In this document: positions 28,142-36,113 of the stretch, in pieces
Position numbering within the stretch: position 1 is the first letter of the stretch
How the letters are laid out: every line of letters begins with the position of its first letter
Assembly: GCA_944393205.1 (NCBI GenBank)
Contig: CALXZI010000003.1
Span: forward strand, 643-64,642
From: an uncultured Alphaproteobacteria bacterium
GTDB taxonomy: Bacteria; Pseudomonadota; Alphaproteobacteria; RF32; CAG-239
Direction: 5' to 3'
Length of the DNA: 64,000 nt
Made by a program: the position numbers and the translations under genes
The notes under the pieces: model-generated
Database searches by the model: none
Seen by the model: the letters and a program-made list of their open reading frames with translations, nothing else
What the model was told of the DNA's origin: nothing

Positions 28142-28516
28142 TTACACTCCCAAAGCTGTTGTTCCACTAAGTTTGTTGGCATCACTTGATGTGCTGCCCG
28201 AAGTATTAACCGTGCTGGCACGGTTGCGGCGGGCTTTGCGTGTCCGCAAATCAGACACATAATTAAGCAATCCCTCCGCTTCCTGTTGTGTCGGCGTTGT
28301 TGCTGTCGGCAGTTTCGGCTGATTTGTCATATTGGCGTTAACGATTCCCTTGTCGCCAAGTGATATTGTCCCCATGGTCGCCCCACGGACAGCCGCATCG
28401 GCCACCCCGCCCAAATCACCTTTTATCAAACTTGAAACAGCGTCCGTTCCGGCAGACACAACGCTTTTGACTACTTTTTTAACCGGTTTAGTAATGGCTT
28501 TTACAACCTTGCTCAT
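28142..28516 (-). CDS. Small virion-associated(?) protein, paralogous C-terminus
   Basis: C-terminus YVSDLRTRKARRNRAS...SGTTALGV. Lys/Val-rich N-terminus. Confidence 0.4.
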   Translation of the reverse strand: MSKVVKAITKPVKKVVKSVVSAGTDAVSSLIKGDLGGVADAAVRGATMGTISLGDKGIVNANMTNQPKLPTATTPTQQEAEGLLNYVSDLRTRKARRNRASTVNTSGSTSSDANKLSGTTALGV

Positions 28517-28528
28517 AAAATCCCCCTT

Positions 28529-28918
28529 TCAAGTGTTCTGCAGTCTTATCCATAATGTTCGTCCGTCAAACATTCCATGTTCCGTTCCGCCAAGAAATTT
28601 ATGCAGTCTTTCTTGTTTTTTTCCGCCACGCGACAGTGTCCATACCGCCCCGCGCCTGACAGCCCAGTCAACAATAATCCGAATATATTTGACATATATC
28701 GGGCTAATCCGCCTATCTATCGTAAACCAGATATACAAAGTGCCATCGTCTTGCGGTTCAATGCAGACTATGCACTTGCGGCTTTTAACCTCAATCGTGT
28801 AGGCCTCGCCGGTTTCAAGCTGTGTTTTATCTTTGTTTTCCAGCCAGTCCTTTTGGCCAAAGTCGTTAAGCTCAAGGCTTTCAAAATCGCCTTTTTTATA
28901 CTTCCTGATAACCGCCAC
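28529..28918 (-). CDS. Hypothetical protein (129 aa)
   Basis: ORF between terL and the small paralogs. No confident motif. Confidence 0.35.
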   Translation of the reverse strand: MAVIRKYKKGDFESLELNDFGQKDWLENKDKTQLETGEAYTIEVKSRKCIVCIEPQDDGTLYIWFTIDRRISPIYVKYIRIIVDWAVRRGAVWTLSRGGKKQERLHKFLGGTEHGMFDGRTLWIRLQNT

Positions 28919-28922
28919 CGCC

Positions 28923-30413
28923 TTAATCCCTGTTGTAAATAATTGTTTGATAAGCTGTTGCTTTACTGTTCGGGAAAACCCCGTTTATATCAAACAGCCG
29001 CGCCAGCGCATCAATCATATCATCATGGTTAACGGCCGGATATTTAAGGTATTCATCCTCAATGAACACCTGCGTAAAGTCTTTTATCTCCCCGTCAACC
29101 GTAATCATCGGTAGCCTTGTCGGCAAAAATATCTTGCCTTGCTCAAATAAAGGCTGCAGTCGCTCAATTCTCTGCTTCTTGGCAATGTTTCCACCCAGTC
29201 TGTTTATATTAAAGCGGTAATGACGCAGGTTCATTTCTGCTTCAATATGTTCGCGGTCGGCCTGTTGGCCATAGCTTTCATACCATACGGAATTAGGCCG
29301 ATACATATCCACCAGCCGGAAAAGCCAGTTTGTCCGCTCGCTCAAATTGAGCCGGTCGCGGATTCCGTCAATGATATAATAATTACCGTCTTGGCCAAAG
29401 CCCAGAACAATCATCACCGTATAGTCGCTTTTCTTGTCTTTAGAGCTGGCCGGATCAACAATAATATATCGGTTCATTGTTTCAGAGCCGCTGCCGTCAT
29501 AATATTTCAGCCATTCCGGCATAAAATACCGGTTGTTAGCGATACTCGGGTCAAGCAACATCTGCGTGCCGAATGTGGCCGCGCCCATTTCTATCCGTTT
29601 TTTTTTCAACTCTTCCGGCGGCAAAAACACCGATGTTTCAAAATCGGTCGGGTCGGTCATTGCCGGATATATCCGCGGAATAACCGCACCTTGCTTGATA
29701 AGCTCATTATATGTATCGTTGTAGGCATAAAATGTGCCTATCATAATTCGCTTGGCATCAGCCGAGCCGAGGTTAAGACTCATTTGAAACGCGGCGGTTG
29801 TTTTTAATATCTGCTCCGGGGTGTTCACACTTTCCAGCGTGACAAGGTCATCATATTTAAGCCGGTCATAGTGCATACCGGTCGGCTGCCCCTCTACCAC
29901 GCCACAGGCCTCAACGGTCATTTCCTTGCGCGTGCTTTTGCGTTTGACACATATCTTGTCTTCCGTCCACTTCGGACTTTCTTTTTTCGGATCGGCATAA
30001 AATATGTCAGGATATAACGCTTTCAAAAGACTGTTTGTTTCCAGCGTGTTTTTAATCTGAATAACAAACGCACGGGCAATCGGCAGCTTGTGGCTGAAAA
30101 TCCCCGTCGTTATTTCCGGATCGTTAATAATTTCAAAAATCGTATGCGCATATGTAATAATTGTGCTCTTAAAGTGGCCACGCGCCCACAAATCAAGATA
30201 TCCGTAGGGGTTTTCCTGAAACTCACGGCAGCGGTCAAGCACCCATTGATTGTTAGCAAAACTCACGCCCAAAACATACACCAGCAGGAAAAACAAATCA
30301 TTTTTTGCCAGCGTCCTCCACGCCGTCACTCTTTCCCGCTCTGATAATTGCATCAAGGATTGCATTAACTCCCTGTATTGCGCTATCTGTCGGAGCAATA
30401 TCAATTTTTCCAT
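28923..30413 (-). CDS. terL: Terminase large subunit
   Basis: 496 aa. N-terminal ATPase with Walker-A-like ARGHFKST. C-terminal RNase-H-like nuclease segment (IIVDPASS...DYTVMIVLG). Follows terS. Confidence 0.75.
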   Translation of the reverse strand: MEKLILLRQIAQYRELMQSLMQLSERERVTAWRTLAKNDLFFLLVYVLGVSFANNQWVLDRCREFQENPYGYLDLWARGHFKSTIITYAHTIFEIINDPEITTGIFSHKLPIARAFVIQIKNTLETNSLLKALYPDIFYADPKKESPKWTEDKICVKRKSTRKEMTVEACGVVEGQPTGMHYDRLKYDDLVTLESVNTPEQILKTTAAFQMSLNLGSADAKRIMIGTFYAYNDTYNELIKQGAVIPRIYPAMTDPTDFETSVFLPPEELKKKRIEMGAATFGTQMLLDPSIANNRYFMPEWLKYYDGSGSETMNRYIIVDPASSKDKKSDYTVMIVLGFGQDGNYYIIDGIRDRLNLSERTNWLFRLVDMYRPNSVWYESYGQQADREHIEAEMNLRHYRFNINRLGGNIAKKQRIERLQPLFEQGKIFLPTRLPMITVDGEIKDFTQVFIEDEYLKYPAVNHDDMIDALARLFDINGVFPNSKATAYQTIIYNRD

Positions 30414-30804
30414 CGTGCGTTTCCTTTAGAGCGCCGTTCACATCAACATTAACTTTATCTGCATATTTTTTGGGACACATCCGCCCCATCATCCATTTAC
30501 GCGTGTCAATCTTTAACCGCGCCGCCGCCACAGCGTCCTTGTCTTCCGCCACTTCATCGGCAATTTTGATAATTTCATCAAAGAAAAAATCCGCGCGCTG
30601 CGTCTGCGCATCCGCGTAGTTGTCACGAAACTCTTCACCGTTCAACCATTCATAGACTTTGGCAAGAGGCAAACCGCGCCTGAAACAGATTTCTCTAAGC
30701 GACAAACCGCCGCGCATTTCCTCAAAAATACGTTCGGCATTTGCCTTGCTCTTCCATTTTGCCTTTGGTCGGCCGACTTTCTTTGTCTTTGCTCCCTTTG
30801 CCAT
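30298..30804 (-). CDS. terS: Terminase small subunit (HTH)
   Basis: Basic N-terminus plus HTH (LSLREICFRRGLPLAKVYEWL). RBS GAGG before the Met at 30804. Upstream ORF extension to 30888 would run into a terminator. Confidence 0.65.
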   Translation of the reverse strand: MAKGAKTKKVGRPKAKWKSKANAERIFEEMRGGLSLREICFRRGLPLAKVYEWLNGEEFRDNYADAQTQRADFFFDEIIKIADEVAEDKDAVAAARLKIDTRKWMMGRMCPKKYADKVNVDVNGALKETHDGKIDIAPTDSAIQGVNAILDAIIRAGKSDGVEDAGKK

Positions 30805-30883
30805 TGTCGCCTCATAAAAATCGGCGGCAGATGGTTGAGGAAACTGCCGCCTTTCACTTAACGCCAGAGCATTACTCCGGTTT

Positions 30884-30928
30884 ACCAAACAAAAAGCCGC
30901 CGGGGAATGTTCCTTGACCCCTGCGGCT
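30884..30928 (-). terminator. Intrinsic-terminator-like hairpin plus U-tract in the leader of the late (terS) operon
   Basis: On the - strand: GC-rich imperfect stem (aagccgc.gggg / cccc.gcggctt) followed by UUUGUUUGG, immediately 5' of the terS RBS. Confidence 0.5.
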
Positions 30929-30988
30929 TATTTCCAGCCAGATCATACAATCCCTAGCCTACATCTTTTATACTTTAATTCGCCCGAT

Positions 30989-31047
30989 TGTGTAAAATGA
31001 AAAAGTGTCAAATGATGTAAAATGTTGTCAAATGAGTGTAAAATAAT
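30989..31047 (-). promoter_or_regulatory. Late promoter region with interleaved direct repeats
   Basis: tGTAAAATG x3 interleaved with GTCAAATGA x2 within 60 bp, between the HTH gene and the terS leader. Confidence 0.45.
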
Positions 31048-31064
31048 TTATTAACATATTGAAA

Positions 31065-31562
31065 TTAAAAGTTTTTCATTTCATTAAGCAGCTTTTCAAG
31101 CGCCTTGCGCAAATAAATATCAAGCATTTGCCGTGTTCGCCCCAGCTTTTTGCAGACAATTTTCCACGGCAGCGGCTTTTCGCGGCAGCGCGCCGACAGC
31201 AGATCATATTCAAATTTTGTGAGCTTATTCATCAGGTTGGCATCCATATACCAGCAATCGGCAATATCAACGTTTGTCGGCTGAAAGTGCGCATTTTCCG
31301 CGTCTTCCGGCGTGTTTTCGGTGGCAATAAACAGCCACATATAGTTTTTGGCATAATCCGGCCGCCGCGGCGCAGGCAGGGCATACAGCGTTTCAAAATA
31401 GCGCATAACCTCAAATTTAACATCTTCAATCGTGCAAATTTTTCTCAACATGTCAAAACTCCCAAAAATCTCAACCGGTAAATAGACAAAAACAAGGCCG
31501 CGGCGCTCAAAACGCGCTCCTTTCCCCTTGCCGAGCCGCCGCAGGCGGAAACGCAACCGCAA
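31065..31562 (-). CDS. Putative late-gene regulator with C-terminal HTH (sigma region-4-like)
   Basis: C-terminus LPWKIVCKKLGRTRQMLDIYLRKALEKL. Sits directly upstream of the repeat-containing late promoter region. Confidence 0.4.
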   Translation of the reverse strand: MRLRFRLRRLGKGKGARFERRGLVFVYLPVEIFGSFDMLRKICTIEDVKFEVMRYFETLYALPAPRRPDYAKNYMWLFIATENTPEDAENAHFQPTNVDIADCWYMDANLMNKLTKFEYDLLSARCREKPLPWKIVCKKLGRTRQMLDIYLRKALEKLLNEMKNF

Positions 31563-31832
31563 GGTTGCGCCAAAATTGGCGCATAAAAGCGCAAATTTTC
31601 ATTTTCCTGCTTTTTAACCGGCGTAAAGGCGCAGTCTTTGTCGGGCAAAATAGCAATGCTGTCCGCAAAGGCGCGCCGACCGGTTAAAAGGTTATCCACA
31701 CAACCTGCGGAGTTATCCACAGGTTGTGCAACCTTTCCCTTTTTCCTTAACAATCCTTTTTCCTTTTCCCTGAATCCCGTCATATCCTCAAACCTCAATC
31801 CAAAACCCAAAATCTTTAATCCAACAACCTGT

Positions 31833-32055
31833 ATTTTTATTTATTTTCTTTTTTGCTTCTTTTTTCTTTTCTTTTTTTTGCCAAAGCAACCCACTGGCAT
31901 CCCATTTTTGCAAATCAGGGCAAAAATGCTGCAAAATTTGCTGATTTTTTAATTTTGCATTCCGTTGGGTTGTTTTGGGTTGCTTTGGGTTAAATTTTGC
32001 TAAAAAAATAACCCACAATAACCCAGTGGCATATTTTGGGTTATTTTGGGTTTGC
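31833..32055. repeat. Iteron-like repeat cluster (candidate phage replication origin / regulatory site)
   Basis: Poly-T/AT-rich tract 31833-31882. Five direct TTTGGGTT repeats (31965-32053), two inverted AACCCA copies, duplicated 13-mer AACCCA(C/G)TGGCAT at 31887 and 32020, and a palindrome GCAAAATTTGC. Confidence 0.5.
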
Positions 32056-32340
32056 ATTTTTCTTTTTTCCTTTGTTTTTCTTGCCGTTTTCCTGATTGCG
32101 CCGGCAGCGTTCCTCATAACGGCGAGCATTGGCATCCATCGCGTTCTTAAAGCTGTTAAACAACACGCGCGCCGCCGGCGACAGGCTTTTAACGTCAACC
32201 GTGCCATACATATTATAATCATGCATGGCAATAAACGCCTCTTTGAAAAGCGCACCGTCTTCGTCCCGCATCGCTTCCACACTGTCGGCCGGCACAACCC
32301 AGCCCGTCTTTTTTGTTTCTCTTTCCTCAACCATTTTCAA
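32041..32340 (-). CDS. Hypothetical basic protein (99 aa) abutting the iteron cluster
   Basis: ORF with Lys-rich C-terminus overlapping the last iteron copies. Confidence 0.4.
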   Translation of the reverse strand: MKMVEERETKKTGWVVPADSVEAMRDEDGALFKEAFIAMHDYNMYGTVDVKSLSPAARVLFNSFKNAMDANARRYEERCRRNQENGKKNKGKKKNANPK

Positions 32341-32357
32341 GCTCCTTAAAATAATAA

Positions 32358-33128
32358 CTACAAATCAAAACCGAGCTGCCGCTCGTCCGTTTCCGCCCGC
32401 TTGAGGTTAAATTTCTCAAGCCGGCGGTGAATTATCTCAATATATTTCTTTTCCTTTTCTATGCCGATAAAACGCCGCCCAAGGTTGCGCGCAGCCACAA
32501 GCGTTGTGCCACTGCCGGCAAACGGGTCAAGAATCAAATCATTTTTATTGCTGAAATATCGGATAAAAGGATACATTGCCTTGAGCGGCTTTTGTGTCGG
32601 GTGTTCTGTTCTTTCGTTACCGCTGCAGATTGGCAAAAAAATATAATCGGGCTGCTGGCCGTTTTCATAATTAAAAGTCAGTTTTCCGCCGGGCTTTTGC
32701 CACATTCCGGCCACCTCCCAACCATTCATAAACTTAACTTTGCGGGCTTGCGGCACCGGATTTTGTTTTATAAAAGCAAAATATCCTTTGCACTTAAAAC
32801 CGTATTGCGACTGCAGATAATGCGACAGGAAGTTAATTCTGTCCCTGTCAAAAAAAGAAACCAGCATACCCCCCCCTTTAAGCTTGGGAACAACCGCATC
32901 AACCCACCGCTTTGTAAAATTCATAAAATCGCCAAAGCCGGCAAACTTGTCCCATTCACCAAAATTATGCGTAATCGCTTTGGCCTTACCGAATTTTTGT
33001 GCATCTCGTGAACGGGTGATTATCACCTCGTTGGCAATACCGTAGGGCGGATCTGTCAGCACCATATCAACACTGCCGCTTTGTATGGTATTCAATAACT
33101 GCAGGCAATCCCCCTCCAAAACCGTCAT
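32358..33128 (-). CDS. DNA methyltransferase, beta-class N6-adenine (CcrM/HinfI-like; N4-cytosine not excluded)
   Basis: N-terminal motif IV TDPPYG, then C-terminal motif I LDPFAGSGTT. This circularly permuted order and these motifs match CcrM (ADPPY ... LDPFFGSGT). Confidence 0.8.
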   Translation of the reverse strand: MTVLEGDCLQLLNTIQSGSVDMVLTDPPYGIANEVIITRSRDAQKFGKAKAITHNFGEWDKFAGFGDFMNFTKRWVDAVVPKLKGGGMLVSFFDRDRINFLSHYLQSQYGFKCKGYFAFIKQNPVPQARKVKFMNGWEVAGMWQKPGGKLTFNYENGQQPDYIFLPICSGNERTEHPTQKPLKAMYPFIRYFSNKNDLILDPFAGSGTTLVAARNLGRRFIGIEKEKKYIEIIHRRLEKFNLKRAETDERQLGFDL

Positions 33129-33182
33129 TTTATCCCCTTAAAAACCTGTGGCCGGTAGCGGAATTGCCACCGGCCAAACAAA

Positions 33183-34100
33183 TTATCTGCCTTGCGGCAA
33201 ATCACCGTAGAAAACCGGTAAATTGACAGATTCTTTAATCGTTTTCAACTCTTCATCAATCGCCAGTTCAATCGCTTTATCAAGGTTAATAACCTCATAC
33301 CACCAGCGCACCGCGCCGTCTTTAAGCCGGTAGCGCAGGCGACATGGCAGTTGATAGGCTTTTCCGCCCTCAAGCACCGGAATCACGATAATAAACATAT
33401 TCGGCACTTTAACCGATTGCCCGCTGATGTCCGTATGCTCACTTGAAAAATTGATTGTAGCTTCACCGGTGTTCAAATCGTGCTTAACCACCGCCTTTTC
33501 ATCAGCGCGGATAGCAATACCCTTGGAAAGCTCAATCATCTTGTTGACCGGGGCATAAAAACCGCCGCAGCGCATTCTGATTTCTTTTAAGGATGCCGAT
33601 TCATTATCCGGAGCGGGCGGTTCGGCCAAATCCAAAACATTCTGCTCAATAAACATGGCAAAATCAAGCTGGCTCATGACTTCGCCGTTTTCTGCCCGCC
33701 ACGCCAGCAGCTCTTTACTGAACGGAAAAGCATAAGTTGCCTTGTGCTGCTCAAAACTTGCCTGTTCTTTGGTGGCGCAGTCAAAAACGCAGGTGATTTT
33801 CTGTTGCTTTTTATTGTAAAAAATCGCCGAATTTTCCGTTTTATAACGGTTTGCAAACTCAACAAAGCTGCAACAGGTGTGTAATTCCGTCACCCCTTTT
33901 AAGACTTCCGGCACCTGTCTTTCTTTATCAACAAAGTCTTTAAGCTGCCGAATATTCATATTCTCGGGATAAACCACCAGCCCGGCCGTTCCGGCGGCAT
34001 CCACAATCTGCGGTTTCAAAAGTTCTTCCATTGTTTCGCGCATGGCCACAATGTCGTTTCTGATTTCGTTATCCATAAATATCTTTCCTTTCTTCATCAT
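33183..34100 (-). CDS. Hypothetical phage early protein (305 aa)
   Basis: ORF in the cro-side leftward operon. No motif. Confidence 0.4.
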   Translation of the reverse strand: MMKKGKIFMDNEIRNDIVAMRETMEELLKPQIVDAAGTAGLVVYPENMNIRQLKDFVDKERQVPEVLKGVTELHTCCSFVEFANRYKTENSAIFYNKKQQKITCVFDCATKEQASFEQHKATYAFPFSKELLAWRAENGEVMSQLDFAMFIEQNVLDLAEPPAPDNESASLKEIRMRCGGFYAPVNKMIELSKGIAIRADEKAVVKHDLNTGEATINFSSEHTDISGQSVKVPNMFIIVIPVLEGGKAYQLPCRLRYRLKDGAVRWWYEVINLDKAIELAIDEELKTIKESVNLPVFYGDLPQGR

Positions 34101-34446
34101 AGGTTACCACTTCCCGCTTACCGGCAATCACATCAAACGGCAAACGCGGCTGTTTCGGATTTTCGCGACAAACGCCCGAGCCGTCCTGCGACAGCCAAAA
34201 GATGGTGCGGTTGCGCGGCTTTGGCGGATTCTTGCTTTTAACATCGGCCGTCATTGTGATATTGCCGCTGTCCAAAACAAGTGTGATTGCCACCGCAATT
34301 TGTGCTTTGGCGGCTCTCATACCGTCAATATCGCAGCGCTGTTGCAGAGCTTTCAGGGATTCCTGCAATGTTGCGGAGCAATCCGCATTAAATTGCCCAT
34401 CCTCCAGCTCGGCAATAAGGCGGCTGAAATCTTTAATTTCATTCAT
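34069..34446 (-). CDS. Hypothetical phage early protein
   Basis: ORF downstream of the cro-like gene. Start assigned to the internal Met (MNEIKDF). Confidence 0.4.
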   Translation of the reverse strand: MNEIKDFSRLIAELEDGQFNADCSATLQESLKALQQRCDIDGMRAAKAQIAVAITLVLDSGNITMTADVKSKNPPKPRNRTIFWLSQDGSGVCRENPKQPRLPFDVIAGKREVVTYDEERKDIYG

Positions 34447-34657
34447 CGTTTTTCCTTTCCTCGTTGTTGATGTTATAAAAATCGTTCGGCTCAACCTGCC
34501 CGCCGCTCCACTCGTAAATTTTTTCTACCGTTTGGCGGCCGGGTATTACCTCACCATTTACCCAGCGCCGTGCCACGCAATGGATAACATTAAAATCGCG
34601 AGCCAGATCTGCTACGCACCGGTTGGTTTGCTCTAAATATTTTTTGAGTGATACCAT
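34439..34657 (-). CDS. cro: Cro/YdaS-like HTH regulator
   Basis: 72 aa. LARDFNVIHCVARRWVNGEVIPGRQTVEKIYEWSGG resembles Cro/YdaS HTH. Divergent from the cI-like gene across an operator-rich intergenic region. Confidence 0.6.
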   Translation of the reverse strand: MVSLKKYLEQTNRCVADLARDFNVIHCVARRWVNGEVIPGRQTVEKIYEWSGGQVEPNDFYNINNEERKNDE

Positions 34658-34713
34658 GTGTTTTACCTCCTATCTCATAATATTCACAAAAAGAAACAAA
34701 TTACAACACAAAA

Positions 34714-34847
34714 ATAATCGTTATTTGATTATTTATTAAATTTGCTTGATGAATTAAAGAAGATTAAAACAAATTAAATATAATCATCTTGTGATTATTT
34801 TCTTGTTTTCCCTTATTTTTATTGAAAAATAATCATAAAAAGATTAT
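34714..34847. promoter_or_regulatory. cI/cro intergenic switch region with three identical palindromic operators
   Basis: ATAATC-N7-GATTAT at 34714-34732, 34780-34798 and 34829-34847 in the 216-bp AT-rich region between divergent HTH genes. Confidence 0.65.
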
Positions 34848-34873
34848 AATTATTCCGAATAAGAGGTGGCAGT

Positions 34874-35233
34874 ATGGAAAACAACAGAATAAAAATAATT
34901 AGAAAGGAGCGCGGATTAACTCAGGTAGAGCTTGCCGAAAAATTAGGCGTTGCCCAAGGCACAATACAGAAGCTTGAAAACGACCAGATAGAATTTAGCA
35001 CAAACTGGATGCGCAAAATATCGGAGGTGTTGGAGGTTGAGCCATACGAGCTGTTGCCTCTTGATATGCAGCCCAAAGAAATATCACCGGAAGAAAGGGA
35101 GATGCTGCGCACATTCCGCAAATTCGCCCCATCTCAAAACACAGATAATGCGAATGTTTCTCAATCGCAAAAGGACAAAAAGCATACTGCGCAACCGGCA
35201 AAACTACCGGAAAAATCTAACAATGGAAGATGA
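34874..35233 (+). CDS. cI: CI-like XRE-family HTH repressor (no peptidase domain)
   Basis: N-terminal HTH LTQVELAEKLGVAQGTIQKLEN. First gene of the rightward immunity operon. Confidence 0.7.
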   Translation: MENNRIKIIRKERGLTQVELAEKLGVAQGTIQKLENDQIEFSTNWMRKISEVLEVEPYELLPLDMQPKEISPEEREMLRTFRKFAPSQNTDNANVSQSQKDKKHTAQPAKLPEKSNNGR

Positions 35234-35236
35234 AAT

Positions 35237-35734
35237 ATGAAAAAAGAAATTTTGTTATTGCCTTTGTTGCTTACAGCTTGTGCTTATGAACAAAACATCT
35301 ATTCTTATAAAAACATTGACATTCACAACAAAACGGTTGCTATTTCCGCCACGAATCTATCAAAAATGCACCAAGAATTAAAGCAAGCTCTCATAAAATC
35401 AGGCTATAAACTTTATGTTAAAAATGAAAACAAAGATATAGGATATAGCCGCCAAACCTCGCGCTATGAATTGTCTGATAACATTCAAGACGACCCGGCT
35501 GTAGCCTGCGGCTTAATGGCAGGTTATCACTATGCCATATCTTTCATTGACTTAAAAACAAGTGAAGAGGTTTTTAGTATGCAGGGAAGAGGTTGCCCTG
35601 ATGAAATATTAGAAAACTTTACAGCCCTGATAAAAAACAACTACAACAGTTCTGCTCATACGGAAACACTGCCAGCAGAGCAGCCTTGTGTTTCCAAATA
35701 TTCTATCGGCGGTTTTAATCTGTGGTGCGAATAA
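35237..35734 (+). CDS. Prophage-encoded lipoprotein in the repressor operon (candidate superinfection-exclusion / lysogenic-conversion factor)
   Basis: Signal peptide with lipobox LLLTAC. 4-nt gap after cI. Confidence 0.6.
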   Translation: MKKEILLLPLLLTACAYEQNIYSYKNIDIHNKTVAISATNLSKMHQELKQALIKSGYKLYVKNENKDIGYSRQTSRYELSDNIQDDPAVACGLMAGYHYAISFIDLKTSEEVFSMQGRGCPDEILENFTALIKNNYNSSAHTETLPAEQPCVSKYSIGGFNLWCE

Positions 35735-36045
35735 TGTCTATTTACGACACTTTATCAGACTATTTGAAAGAAGTCCAAAAAGAGCGTATGGCAAAAATTG
35801 ATATAGAGGTTGAAAAATACAAACAAAAGCACCCTCACGCAACCACCGAGCAGATTGAGAACTTGGAACAAACCTTATATTGGAAAGCCCAGCGCGAGAG
35901 CGCTATTGAGATAGACGTTTTGGAGGCCGGCAAATTTTGGCCGAAACAGGAAAAAGAACCTTTTATAATTGATTTATTAAAAGCACCCATACCCTTATGG
36001 TGTGTTATTTTTATTTTCACACTTGTTTTAATCGCTTTAATATAG
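35734..36045 (+). CDS. Tail-anchored small membrane protein in the repressor operon
   Basis: Start overlaps the lipoprotein stop (TAATG). C-terminal TM (LWCVIFIFTLVLIALI). Confidence 0.5.
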   Translation: MSIYDTLSDYLKEVQKERMAKIDIEVEKYKQKHPHATTEQIENLEQTLYWKAQRESAIEIDVLEAGKFWPKQEKEPFIIDLLKAPIPLWCVIFIFTLVLIALI

Positions 36046-36065
36046 CTTTTCCTTTCTTTTATCCA

Positions 36066-36095
36066 CCGCGCAAGAGCCTTATTTTGCGCGGTTTT
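36066..36095 (+). terminator. Rho-independent terminator ending the cI operon
   Basis: Stem ccgcgcaa...ttgcgcgg followed by tttt. Confidence 0.65.
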
Positions 36096-36113
36096 AATTT
36101 GCTGTGAATAAAA

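Noticed and set aside
30805-30888. N-terminal 28-codon extension of terS in the ORF track
   Set aside because: It would be translated through the terminator-like hairpin/U-tract. The internal Met at 30804 has a GAGG RBS and begins the basic terminase-small-subunit-like N-terminus.
31833-32055. Possible CRISPR array
   Set aside because: Repeats are only 8 nt, with partly inverted copies and no unique spacers of regular length. This is more consistent with iterons.
31638-32349. ORFs 31788-32330(-), 31638-31952(+), 31975-32349(+) across the iteron/poly-T region
   Set aside because: Translations are Lys/Phe/Leu homopolymer-like, driven by the repeats and the AT-tract. They overlap each other and the more plausible 99-aa ORF.
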